Made by a program: the position numbers and the translations under genes. 64,000 bases of DNA. Source: Amoebophrya sp. A120. Taxonomy: Eukaryota > Protista > Dinoflagellata. The stretch spans positions 734,344-798,343 of the forward strand of contig CAJINV010000013.1 in the NCBI GenBank assembly GCA_905178155.1, in the 5' to 3' direction. Under the pieces are notes generated by a model. It saw only the letters and a program-made list of their open reading frames with translations. It searched no databases and was not told the DNA's origin. Below, in pieces: positions 26,402-39,213 of the stretch (the stretch's first letter is position 1; each line of letters starts with the position of its first letter).

Positions 26402-29034
26402 TTGTCTCGTGGCGTTCCCCACGGTGTTCAGCCTCAACATTCTCGCGGAGCAAACATGAATCGCAGTCGCGGGCGCTCTCGCTCGCGCATGCGCGGTCGG
26501 AGTCATGCGCGTGGAACAAGAGCACCAGGACGAGGTGGAATCTTCGGGAACCAGCTGCAGGGACAGCATCCTCAACAAAATGGTTCCAGCAGGAGTCGCG
26601 GCGGTAATAGGTCCAACAGCAACATCAAGTTTGTACCAGAATTATCTTCTCGGAGTGGGACGAGTACAACTGTCCCAGGCGTTGCTTCTTCGTCGAGCAG
26701 CGGTAATAGAGGGTCGGCACGTCAGGATCTGGGTTTGTTGCGCGAGGAGTTCCAGTTTATGGAGAATGAACACGAGGAGGATGTTGACCACCTTGGCACG
26801 ACCAGCAACACCGGCTACAGCGCAGGGATGATGTTGAAGGGAGCAGCTTCAGCCGAGCAACACGAAGAAGAAGAGTATGACCCGTTTTCCATGACACCTT
26901 ATGAGTCGAAGCTGCTCGATAAGGAAATTCAGCTGATGAAGATGGAAGAGCGGATGAAGGAACTAGAACGGGAAAATCAACAGAAGAGCAGCGGCGGTGG
27001 TGTTTCTATTTCCTCTTCTAGTACTATTCAACATGGCACAGCGAGTAACACCAGCACGAACACGCCGCGACATGGGGCGGCGGGTGATCTAGCGCTTGCC
27101 CAGGCTGCAGCGGCGCAGCAACAACAGCAGAACCGGAAGTACGAGCAGCTGTTGCTCGAGCAGCTGGTGCTTCGGAAGCGCGAACAGGAACAGCTGAAGA
27201 TGAAAAGCCAGGAGTTGGAGCTGTTGCAATCGAGACTGGGGTCGTTCGTCGCTGCGGGCGGCGGGATCATGAATAAAACAGGTGGAGCAGCACCAGCGGT
27301 TGGGGCGGGAGCAGCAACAGCATCTTCCTCGTCGGCGTCTACTACTGAGCTGGAGCCGCAAAGCGGTAATGGACAACAACTTCAACAAGCGTCCGCAGCC
27401 AGCAGAGCGGACGTTGTGAACGTGACCCGAACACTGGCGCGGAAGTGGATCAACCCCCAGAGCTTGTCCGTCGACGAAGACAGTTTGAAATGCCTGCCGT
27501 TTGTGAAAAAGGGAAAACTAGTGCGCAAAGTGAAGGAGATCACAAGTCCAGAAGACCCTCAACCGCAAATCAATCCCATCACGTCCATAGCGGAAGAACA
27601 GGAGGAGGACGTAAACGAGGAGGATTTGGACGGAGTGCCGCTTGAAGATCATCATGCCGTGGAGGTGAACATCAACAACAACATCGAGACTGGGTCACAA
27701 CCTCCAACGAGCGGAGAGGTGGACATCAAGATAATTGGTGAAGGTGACGTTGAAATGAAGGAGGTCAAGCAGACGTCTCCGCCCCTTTCCACCACAACCA
27801 CCCGAACTTCTTCTACCACCTGCACGAGCATCGACCACTCTTACTCGGAGGGCGGCGACGGAGGGAGTTCTTTTACGGAACACGACAACTCTGGACTCTT
27901 GCAGAAATCGCCCGAAGATCTTCTGGACCAGAATCTAAATCGTGAGGATCACGATCATCTCCAAAGGCAGAGTCTCAACTCGGTCGGTGGCGAGGAAGGA
28001 ACTAGTGAAAAGCAAGACGTCGAACAAAACCAAAACGAGAACGCCCATGCCAATCCCTTCCACATCAATAATGCTTTCCTTGAAGTCGTCAACCAGATGA
28101 AAACTACTTCCAGCAAAAGCGCGTGCTCTCCAGACTTGGAGCAGAGTGTGAGTTTCACGGCGAGTAGTTCGACGAACGCGACGAAGTCCTCGACGACGCA
28201 GCAGCCGAGCTTCACTGGACCACCTGGACAGGCAGAACCGCAAAAGAACAAATCGGAGGAAAAAAAAATGCACCAGGACCTGCGGATCCAGAAACCGACC
28301 ACCACAACCGTTCTGGAGTTCGACAACAAGAAACACGACGGCACCACTGTCATCCCCCCGGTGATGATTCGGAACGCTTCGTCGATTGTCCCCGTTGAGG
28401 AGCGGATGTCGAAGGAAAAACGGGAATTCGACCTGAAGACAGAGCAGTTGATCCATTCTGCGAAAGTCGCCAACAACGCCGTGAAGCGGAACGTCTTACC
28501 CCCGCCGCCGCGCACGCCGGCCAGCAACATGGCTGCGAACAACGGGGGCACGACCATCGGATTCTTTCCGAAAAATAACTTCGGTGGAGACGGAGCTGCA
28601 GGTAGTACTAGTAGTGCCGCTCCTGCTGTAGCTGCGGGGGAGCGGTCCAGTCGAAATCAGGACATCAACCGCATGAAGGACGGAAGCCGAAGCACGACGC
28701 ACAGGTCCTATCCCACCAGGAAGAAACTGTTTCACTGTGATGATTTTGCGGTAACGGTACCTACTTATCAACATCTGCAGCGTCACAAGTTTGTCACAAA
28801 CACATGAGGACAAAGAAAATTTTCCATGCACGCTTTCCAACAAGGGAAAACACCAGCACGTTTGAAAATCCAATGTCTTGCTGCAGGTGTTGCAAGACAA
28901 ATTTAATAGTTTCATTCTATGCATCACCATCACAAGCTCAACACATTGAAGCAGTTTTTTCTTGCGATAGATCCGCAACGGGCGGTAATAATGCGGTGAG
29001 CACGTCGGTTTTGAAACCGCCGGGACGGGCGTGA
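26402..29034 (+). CDS. Low-complexity / coiled-coil hypothetical protein; start and 3' end uncertain
   Basis: 801-aa ORF plus an in-frame continuation (RSATGGNNAV) after introner 28709. Confidence 0.7.
28709..28969. mobile_element. TAT..ATA introner, DR ggtcc/gatcc
   Basis: IR tatcccaccaggaagaaactgtttcactgtg / cacattgaagcagttttttcttgcgata; removing 266 nt gives an open frame. Confidence 0.8.
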
Positions 29035-29926
29035 GCGCTGATTTATTCACGGTAAATACAACATGACGAAATAAACGAGGAACTTGAACTTCGTGCACTT
29101 CAACGACTCTCTTACAACTACTCCGCAGTCGGTTTGCGAAATTGAGATATTTCGCAGCCGCTGCGCTTGAACTCTTCTTTTACGTCCGCAGTGCCGCATG
29201 AATGTGGCGTCTTTACGTCTTTCGGATTTACACAGAAAAGAAATACAACACTTACAACGAACTTTTGTCGGTCTTCGTTTCGTACAGTTTCAGTTTCCGT
29301 TTCAAGGCATAAAGCAAGATCAGCAAGTAGTAAACTCAGTAGAAAAAGCACGTGAAAATCTTCGAGAAAATCGGTTGAACTGAACTCCATTTCTAACTAT
29401 TGATGTCGTCAATGATGATGAAGATCAACATGTTGAAGCAGGTATGCGTTATTGAACTTTTGGACACTTTTAGAACTAGCACCAAAAATTTCCGGAGAAA
29501 TTTCAGTCGCACAAAGCCAAGATCATGAAGCAAGTACACCAAAATCTAGCGATTTCTTTAAAAAAGGCAAATAAAGATACAGATTGCACAGATTACAGCA
29601 CTTTTGATTTTTTCAGTATGCTATCCCTAAATAAAAATAAAGAGTAAAGTTGCAGTTGGAATGAGCTGGTGCTGCCTGTTCAGCGAAACAGTAAAGTTTA
29701 AGTATAGTTGTGATTGACATTGAGAAGAGCAAAAGCAACTGCGATTTAGCGAAAACTCATCCACAGCACCAGCAGCGAGCTTAAATTGATAAGCTAGTGG
29801 GCAGAGTAGGACCGCACACAACAGCAAGACTGTGCTGATGGAGTCAGACCTGCCATAATCTAGCGCTACTATTTTTTCATAAGATTGGATACTGTATTAC
29901 TGTTCGAATTTACTACCTCCTACAAG

Positions 29927-30690
29927 GCGCGGTAATCGGGCCACCGACAACTACGGGTACTACGCCGGCCGGAGCGGGAGGATGCCAGACCCACGGTCAA
30001 CACCTCACGACAGACCGCCAAGGTGATTATCATCAGGAACACCAACCACCACGCCACCAGAGCAATCACAATTACAACCACGGTGGGCGCACCCACCGGC
30101 ACAGCATGAGCATGAGCCGCGGAGGTGGGGGACCACGGAATCACAATCAGAACTATCAAAACGGGGCGACGTCCGGAGGTGGAGGCTCCATGAACAACAG
30201 TAGAATGTCACGGGCCGCGAGGCAAAGTGTCACACCCTACTACCGCGGTGCGTCGAGGGCGAGAGGCGGCGGCGGGAAGGGGTACCACCGCCCGGGTGGA
30301 GCTGGCAGTGGCGAGAATTACCACAACATCAACGGATTGATCGCTGGAACAAATGGAACCACAACCAGCGGTGGCACGTTCCGTATGAAGGACTATGTGG
30401 GAGGGAACAACCAGAACCAGCCAAGCGCCACTTTTGACCGTCACCACTACAACCAGAGAGGACACCAGCACGGGGCTGCGACACCAAGGATACAGCAACA
30501 TTGTTCCGGTCCTCGCGGTAATATCACATTGAGTGCAGGTTTCGCCAGTGCTGGTACCAACCCCTGCGCACCAGGGGATACAACAGAGCAACCGGCTTTT
30601 TCTGGAGGTCCCGCGTCGGCTTCTGTGGAGCACAGTCGGTCAAATCAAGCTGTAGGGCAGGGTACGTACAACCAGTCACCTGTTCTGTAG
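29927..30690 (+). CDS. Terminal coding exon, RG/N/H-rich; probably the 3' end of the 26402 gene
   Basis: The frame of ORF 30106 stays open upstream to an AG acceptor-like site at about 29926. Confidence 0.55.
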
Positions 30691-33020
30691 CAGGCGCGTC
30701 TTCAAATAGAAGAAGACGGAGGTAGATGTAGTTGTTCACTTTTTATTCTTCATGATGTAGCTCTCGGCCTATGTTCTTTAAGCCCCTCTGATGGCACTTC
30801 CCTCTCGTGATGCCGGATGAAGTGCTCGTCTTTAGAATAAACGGTCTTGTTAATGGTTAACCGAGCTTTTCTTGCTCTCTCCCTCCCTAGATTTCCGTCG
30901 TCGTCGCATGATTCTTTTGCATTTCGCTAGATTTTGACACAAAAATTCGAAAAATTTTCAGTGACTACAGATGAACCAGTACCGGTATAGTACTAAAGTT
31001 GCTTTTTCTTTGCTGTGCTGGGTGACACCAAGCCTGATGCTGATTCTTTCCACGCGCTGCACTTTGCCGACTAGGTTACGGTGTGGTGGCAGTTGAGCTT
31101 TTCCTTTTGTTTACTTTGCTACATCAGAAGATCAATTATCATCTTTTTCATTTTTATACAACGCTAGAAGGTACTCGTTGCAAAATAATCCTTTATCGAA
31201 AATTACTTTCTATGAGTGGTACTGGTACGCCTATCTTCAGAGCTCGCATTTGCCGCGGCTTCATCTTGAGCTGATTACAACCGTGTACGTACTTCTGAGG
31301 ATCTGGATCTTGACAGAGGGGCTGCTCTTCAAACATGAACGCTAAAAACTCCTGTAGAAGATCATGAGGTCGATGCGGCCGCGAAGCAGCAGGAAAAAAT
31401 TCACGTATTTGAAAACTCAGATGAAGACAATGGGGGCGTACGAGTTCCAAGTTTTTACAACATCAGTCTGCCAAAATGCTTCCAGTTCCATTTGATATAA
31501 GCAATAAAAGAAAAAGACCATCAATTAGCAACTTATCCTGCTCTGCGGACAGGAGCAAAAAATTTTAATTTTCATTACCTGCTAGAATTACAAAATAAAA
31601 CAGCACCTGAACTGCGCACAACGACACAGTTGTGTTAAGTTTAGTTTATCACAGTTCTTCTTCAAGTACATTTTGCAAGCGCGGTTAAGGTTGTGCCACC
31701 GCTGAATCAAATATGTTTTCGACAACTTCTAACGCTTTTGAAATTAGTTTCATCCAGATGAACGAAATAATTTATCAGGAGGACACAAAGAAGTGGAAGT
31801 AGGCATACTGCTAGCCGAGCGCCAGCACAAATTCCTTTGTGATGGTTGCTTCGCGACAGCTTTGCCGGAGAGAGAAATTCTACGCACCGTGGAGCAACAA
31901 GTTTACGTTTAGGATGAGGGAAACAAAGTTAACGTAGGATGAAGTTTTTCGGCCGGGTGATAAAGAAGTGGTAGACTGGTCGTGGACGGGAGGAGGGCGA
32001 GTTGTTGTCGAGGCAAGAAGCGGGTTTCTCCAGTAGTTCGAATCTGTTGCCTCACGACAACAACACTATCCCCCATCAGCGAAGGAAACGCCGGTCTACT
32101 CAGCCTTTTCAACTGTTTCGGATTTTGTTTTACTGATTCACTAGTTTCGCTTTCATTCTCTTTGACAACTGTTTTTGTAATGATAGAGCTCTTCACTTTG
32201 TTCCTTGTAATATTTTTTAATCGATAGTAGTTGTAGGAAGTAGGGTTTAGAAGTACAGGAATACAATGAAGAAACAGGAGTATGTAACACTAGGGCTTCT
32301 AGAAAAAATCGTTTCTGATCAATTTTGAAATTGCGGAAACACAAAAGTAATTATTCCTCTAGGCGAGCTTGAAAGAAAAAGATCTTTTTCGGTGAACTGT
32401 TCAACTTTTGGGCAAAACTCAAACTACTATAGTCTTGTCGAAACTCAAAAACAAAAAAACACAAAAAAAAATACAAACAAACAAGCTGTGATGCAGCGGT
32501 TCCGGTTCGTTGAAAAAGCAACAGTTCGTTGAAAACAGACTACAAGACTTTTCGTCCTCGTCCTCGAGCTGTCATTCGGTTTCGCTTTCTTTCGCTTTTA
32601 ATCACCTACCGATGCTGGGACCTGTTCCACGGAACTAACTACGTACAGGGTTGAGGCTCGACGCTGCCTCTTACCAGTCGGATGAGATGATCAAGGAAGA
32701 TCAAAAGTAGTTGAGTTGTGCCAGTCGGATGTGGATGTGCAACGACTATGAGGTGATCTTGATTGTGTAGTTCCTTTTATTTTTCAAAGATCCTCGAAAA
32801 ACAAAAGGAAAAACCTTGATGTTCGCTCGCCGTTCCTCTACTGCGCAGCTTTTCCAACCAGAAAGGTTTTTCATTTCGGATCAGTATTTTTATCCACCCA
32901 GATGATCCTGATCATGCACTATCAACAAGTTTGAACTACAACTACATAGAAAGCAAAACCCTGCACGAGAAGGAGCACGACAAGCAAAAAAGAGTGGTAC
33001 TTCCGCGAGACAAGAAGAAG

Positions 33021-34984
33021 ATGGCGCCTCCTCCAGGCCTTCTCTTCATCCGCGCCGGCTTGTTATTGCTGGCCGCAAGAACTACGACCACCGGCGACGT
33101 CGGCCTCCTTTTATTCGCCGTCGCAAAGCAAGACCAAGATGCACTCCTTCCGAAGCACAGTTTTTCAAAGCCTCCCGTCTCCCCTTTCGGGAAGCAAAAT
33201 CCGTATAACCACACGATGACGTACCGTCCGTTAGGGAAGACCGGGCTCCGTGTTTCTACCCTGTCTTACGGTGCGTGGCTCACGTTTTCTTCCAACAGCA
33301 ACCAGATTGAGACGATCGAGAAGGCGAAGGAAATCCTGACCGCGTGCGTCAAATCGGGGATAAACTTTTTCGACAACGCGGAGTCCTACGGGAGTTTCCA
33401 CGGGGAGTCCGAGTTGATCATGGGTGAAGCGTTGAGGCAAATGACCGAGGAGGACGAGTTAGTCACCAGACAGGAGCTGGTTCTGACGACAAAACTGTTC
33501 AACGTTCGGGGCGACGGGATAAACAACAAGGGGCTGTCGCGAAAGCACATATTGGAAGGCATGCAGGGCTCGCTTATGCATTGCAAAAGTAACGTAATAG
33601 TAGTTCTAGTTGTAGTATAAATTGCATTACAAATTTTCGCAAGAAGGAAAGTGGAATCTGTAATGCTGTTTTACCTTTGGAGGAAGATTTGTCATGCATA
33701 TTTGCAATTAGTACGATACTTTTGCACAGCATATCGCTGCAGCGGCTGCAACTGAGCTACATCGACGTGGTGTACGCGCACCGGTTTGATTATGGAAGCG
33801 TCAGGATCGGAATCGTCAAAGCTGAAATGATTTGCCATGCATAAAATGCATGACGCGAAATACGTGCGTTGCAGAGCAGGCAAGTGAGGCCGATTGTAAG
33901 CCTGGCGTTTGGGGTTAGTGTTAGAGCTCGAGCTGCAGAAGTAGCATGAGAGAATCAATCTGCTGTACCTAAACAGCATTACAAACTGGATTTAGGCACA
34001 ACCAAAATTTGCCATGCGGCACTTGGAAACTGGGGTCCAACTGGCATCCATTTTGTGCATGACAACTTTGACGATTTCAAACCTGACGCTTCCATATTGA
34101 TCCCACGACCCCACTGGAGGAGACTGTGAGGGCATTCAACTACTTGCTCGACCACGGGAAAGCTTTGTACTGGGGCACATCCGAGTGGACGAGCGAGCAG
34201 ATCCGGAACGCGGTGCGAATAGCGGAGAAATTAAACCTCGTCGGGCCGATCGTCGAGCAGCCTCTGTACAATTTGGTCAACCGTGATCGAGTGGAGCTCG
34301 AATACTTGCCGTTGTTGCAAAACAGCAATAACGGATTCGACGGGATCGGGCTGGGGTTGACAACCTATTCCCCCCTCGCCGAGGGGATCCTGGCGGGCCG
34401 GTATTTGAAGGCGAACGGAAAAGCGCCGGAAAATTCGCGGGGCGTGTACAAGGACCGCTTGCTGGAGCGGAAGGAGGAGCTGGCGCTGGCGGAAAAGTAT
34501 TTTTGATTCGCTTGGATTTCTCACTCTTGTGCTTTCTTTCTTGCGAATCTAAATGTCAATCACCGCGGTAGTTCATCGGTACGCGTTGTACTCGAAGATG
34601 CTTGTCTCTACTTTCTTCGTCATTCTCATAATTTTCAACACAATGAAAATGAATTATATCAGGCTCAACCCCCTTGCGGAGTCACTTGGCGTCACGCTCG
34701 CACAGCTCATTCTTGCTTGGACCATGCAAAACCCGTTTGTTTCGTCTGTTATTATGGGCGCCAGCCGCGTCGAGCAGGTCAGTGACAATGTGAAAGCCGT
34801 GGAACTGGCACAGACGCTGTTTGCGCCATTACCATCAAGTACGAAGAGCAAGAAACCGAAAGTAGAGAATTTGAAAGAGAAGATCGAGGCCATCGCAAAG
34901 GAGTTTGGCTTCTCTCTAGGCGTGGACAAAATACAGGCGATGGTTAAAGATGCTTTTGTCTCCCATCGGGGGGAGCTGCTGTGA
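33021..34984 (+). CDS. Aldo-keto reductase, Kv-beta-like subgroup, with a hydrophobic N-terminal extension
   Basis: Motifs [69 protein letters not shown] (after removing two introners), YWGTSEW, EQPLYNL, YSPLAEGIL and IMGASRVEQV. GT-AG intron at 34497-34662. Confidence 0.95.
33575..33733. mobile_element. TAT..ATA introner, DR tcgct (family 4)
   Basis: IR tatgcattgcaaaagtaacgtaat / agtacgatacttttgcacagcata; removing 164 nt restores the AKR motif GSLQRLQ. Confidence 0.95.
33791..34096. mobile_element. TAT..ATA introner, DR ttgat (family 2)
   Basis: Perfect 15-nt IR tatggaagcgtcagg / cctgacgcttccata; removing 311 nt restores HRFDPTTP. Confidence 0.97.
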
Positions 34985-35689
34985 AAATGCAACTAGACAG
35001 GAGTTAGAGTTAGTCCGCATGCTCTCGTGCGTGCTTGTGCACTGTATGCCTATGTGGTGGCTGTAAGAAGACCGACCTTGTAGGTCATTGATACATGATC
35101 AAGGGTATGCGGTGAAGGATTGTACGTAAAACTTAATACAACTGCCGGAGATCATGCCAATGCCTCCATCAAGCGAGCCCATAAAGAAAATTGACGCGTC
35201 TTGGTCTTCTACAACTGACAGCGCGTTCTTCGTGTCCGCGAAGAACGCGCATGCGATCGATGTTCGTTCTTCCTCGTCTTCCTGTGTGTGAAAAATCTAT
35301 AATCGCCGACATCAGCAGGGGGAGCGTTCTTGTTATCCGATGCGTTTTGTCGTCGCCTGTATCGTGAAGAAGAGGGAAGATCATGAGAGAAACAGAGAAA
35401 ATAAACTAGGAGAAGCTCAAGGTCGTTTGCATAGAGTAGAAGTAGTCGGAGTGATTCGTATTGTCAATTGACGACTTTACTTTATCTCGTTAGCCCGTGG
35501 GTTGGTCTTGCCAGGCTGCTTTTCAACGTTTTCACACCATCAAGAGACGACAAATCCGCGTGTAGCTAGAGCATGCCCAAGCAATTGCATGCGAGAACTC
35601 ATACACTCACACACTTTTGCGCCGGAATACAGGAAAACAGTCTCGACAGAGGTTCATCATAGGAGAAAAGCAATACCAATATCGTCAAG

Positions 35690-37868
35690 ATGGGTGCAGC
35701 GCACCCTTCCTTTCTTCGAGCTGGTTCTGCTGCTTCGTCTGAGCCGGCACCTGTTGCAGCAGCAACTTTCGACAACCTCTATGACGAACACAACAAAACA
35801 AACCAGCGAAGCAACGACGCGACGTCAAGCAGTCGCAGCGCCGGCAGCACCAGCACGATATTCGGCACTACCTTCACGACCAATTTCGACTCTTTAAAAT
35901 GCTGCACGACGATTTCCGCTGAGCAGCTGAAGGAGGAAAGGCGAAACGAGCTGGATGACCCAATGGTCCCGCGCCGGGGCTCGCCCTTGCGTCGCCGCAG
36001 CGGCAACGTCGGGTTTGCGTCCTCCTCCGAATTCGACTTCGTAGACAGCTTCAATATGATGTTCAGCAGCTCGGACCGAGCGGAAGGAGGAGGACCAGGA
36101 ACAAACATTTTCTGCCGAGGTTCTTCGGCTGCCGGCCAGCTGCTCTCGTCCGGCGCGTCGTCGAACATCCAAAATCTTCGTGGTATAACGACAAGTTCGT
36201 CTGGTGGTACTAACCGGGGGGTCAGCTTTTTGAATTGCGATATCAAATGTAAAAATGTCTGGGTCACTCTGGAAGAGTCATGCTGTTTTTGCATGACCCA
36301 GAAGGTCTGGCATGGAAGCTCTAGCATCACAGGTTTCGAGAAGCTTCCGCAATGCCGAATCCGCATGACAAGTCCCCTATTTTGCTGACAGAAAGTGGGC
36401 AGCTTTTGCTACGTATGCATGAGAGACTTTTCAGTGTTCTGAAATACGCATTACAAGTTGCATTCTTCCAGACCCAGACATTTTTGCATTTGATATGCGG
36501 GTTAATGAAGCAAGATGCGAGAAACGCCTTCTCCTCCGCCAAAGTTGAGATGATTACACCTGGAAGTTGTACAACTGCAAGTGGCGCTGCAGGGGCAGGA
36601 GTGAATAACAAATTTTCATCCACTTCGAATGTTCTCAACAGAAGCGGCTCGGAGCAGCGAATCAGCATCTCGAACAGTACCACAGGATCGAACACGTCGT
36701 CCAAAAATAACCGTTATTTTGGCTTCACCACTACTTCAAACAACTTTGCCGAGAGTCCGGTCAGCCTGCTGAAACTGCAGAAGGGGTATTTTGCTGGCGG
36801 TGGAGCATCAGGCAGTGGTACTACAACCGCGGCTTCAAAGCACGACTATGAGCAGCAGCTTGAAATCTGCAACCAGTACCTACCCTCCTCGCCGGAGAAA
36901 ATTTCGAAACGGTTCGAGTGCATTCTGTACTTGAATATCTCCTCTGCGAGCAAGCAAACGACGACGAGGAACTACAGCCCCGCCGGGGGGGGCTTGAACA
37001 ATAAATGTACAACAACAACTTCCACCAGTAAAGACAAACCCTTGGAGCTGGGCGTGGATGTGAATCCGTCGAAGGACCAGAAATCGCTCCGCGTGGAGCT
37101 GGTGAAGCGGAACGGGCTGGTGCACTACTACAACTCGAATCCGATGACGACGCCGAGCCAGAAGATCATGATCGGGGACTACATAACCGGCGTGAACTAT
37201 GACAGTGCACAACTCCCCCTCCCCCTCATTTGTCATGCAAAATCCCAAATCTACCTTCTGCCTGCTAGCACTCTTTGCATGACAGATTCCGAAACCGAAA
37301 GCCAAAACAGAATTACAATCACCTAGGAATTTGTCATGCAAAAGCTGCATCTTTGCCAGCACTTGCGTTGCTGTTCGTGCAACACAACGAGGGGGAGGGG
37401 GAGTTGTGCACTCTCATATGAACGGGGTGCGGTTCAACGCCGCAAAGATGATCGCGGAGTGCTCCGAGTTTCTGAACAACGACGTGGTGAAAAACCGCAG
37501 CAGCGGTATCAACTGTAAAAGTGTCTGGGTCTGGAAGAATTCACGTTTGTCATGCTTGTCTGGCATGACTATTAAATCTGTCATGCACGTTACCCACAGA
37601 GTTCCGTTTTTCTGTGATGCAGAAGCGCAGTTTGTCATGCAGAATAGGCAACACCTAGGAGCTCAGAAACTTGTCATGCTGAGCCAGCATCGATCTGTAG
37701 CCTCATCATGAGACGCCACCCAGCATCACAAGTTTCCTGACCCAGTAGACATTTTTACATTTGATAAGCGGCTCGGCCCTGCGATTGGACATTCTCCGGG
37801 TGGAGCAAGCGATCGCGGGGGCAGCTCCTGGGGCTGCGTCCAGAACAACTTCCATCGGGGTGAACTAA
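35690..37868 (+). CDS. Ser/Thr-rich protein with a C-terminal PDZ-like domain; three introners
   Basis: The joined product contains LGVDVNPSKDQKSLRVELVKRNGLV…IMIGDYITGVNGV…KMIAEC…ALRLDILR; stop TAA at 37866-37868. Confidence 0.82.
36241..36495. mobile_element. TAT..ATA introner, DR tgcga/tgcgg (family 1b, inverted relative to 21726)
   Basis: IR tatcaaatgtaaaaatgtctgggtc / gacccagacatttttgcatttgata; removing 260 nt joins ORF 35690 to ORF 36352. Confidence 0.93.
37198..37418. mobile_element. TAT..ATA introner, DR tgaac
   Basis: IR tatgacagtgcacaactccccctccccctc / gagggggagggggagttgtgcactctcata; removing 226 nt restores the PDZ-like GVNGV. Confidence 0.95.
37507..37766. mobile_element. TAT..ATA introner, DR agcgg (family 1a)
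   Basis: Family-1 TIR; the interior is collinear with 21404-21662; removing 265 nt gives the final exon. Confidence 0.93.
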
Positions 37869-39213
37869 ATTTGATACACTATCGCAGAAAATGGCGATGA
37901 AGATTGCATTTCTATTGCACAGCGAAGCCAAGAACGGGTGAGTGACGACGGAAAGACAGAAAATGAAAAAAGAAATTTCTCGAAACTACTGTTGTGTAGA
38001 AAATAAAATGAACAATGCGAGTTGTAGGGAAGTAGTCTAGAAGTAGTAGCACCACTACGTCGACTACCCGCCCGACGACCTGTCGTACAACAACTTGGCC
38101 TCGACCTCTAAAAACACCTTTTTCGAGTTTGAGCTTGCCGCTACGGGGCTACAATTACGAGAGCTTTTCTTTGTGAATTTTACGGAAGAACAAGAAACAA
38201 GGCGCTAGCGCTAGGGGCGCACGCGAGCGCTGCCAAGAGCAAGATAGAGAACCCGAGAAATGAACTTTTTGCAAATGTTGCACCTATGTACAGTTAGCAA
38301 AGTATTTTGAAGAAAGGAAAACGTAACGGCATGGATGGCATTGTCGCACCTGATGCCGCGTCATGTACTAATTATTTCGTGCGAGACGCAGAATGAAAAT
38401 CTTCAACAAAATGTTCGATAATTTTTATTCGGTTTCGTAGTTCTCGTCCCTCCCGTCACGAAACACAATTTGCTTGTCGTGCTTCGTTTTCATTCTTGTG
38501 GTAGTCGTCAACATCGTCAAGTTGTTCTTGTGTGCTCGTCGTCGCTTTATCGTGCAACATCGTCCAGATAGTGTTTTCGTTTTCCGTTTTCGTTCAACAA
38601 CTTTCGTTGGGTCTGCAAAAAGACTTTCGGATTTGCTGTCGAGGACCTCCTGGTGACCGTTGCTGAGGAACATAAACCAAAGTGAAAACTATACGTTCCC
38701 CTCCATAAAACATCAGGACCCCCAGCCCGATCATACTTGGATGGATCATGTAGTTAAGTAGCAATCCCCACGTACTCTCACCGTCACCCCCTAGAAAAAT
38801 CCAGTCGTAGACAGTTGTACCTATGTGTGTTCCCCCGCGTCAGCGATTGTTGATGTTGGCTATGTACATGAAATTGAAAAAGAAAAACAAAAGCAGGTGA
38901 CTGCGACTTCCCGGCCTCCTCATTTAACCCCACCTCCCACCACCAGATCCAGAACAAATCCAAGAAAGCTAAATTATTCGAAGTGGTGTTGCTGTTGTAC
39001 GACGTGCGGCGTAAGCTATCACGAGGATCATGCTCCGACAGAACCAGAAGATGATACCGGGCAGTAGCTTCCGTGAACAAAAGCCGGCATCGGAGGTCGT
39101 GACGAAAACGAAAACGAAGATTGTTCGTTCGATTTTCCAGTCACGACACAACTACAACTAGTGTCGCTGCAGTACTAAAACACTTCTTGGAACACGACGG
39201 ACCGACAAAGAGA

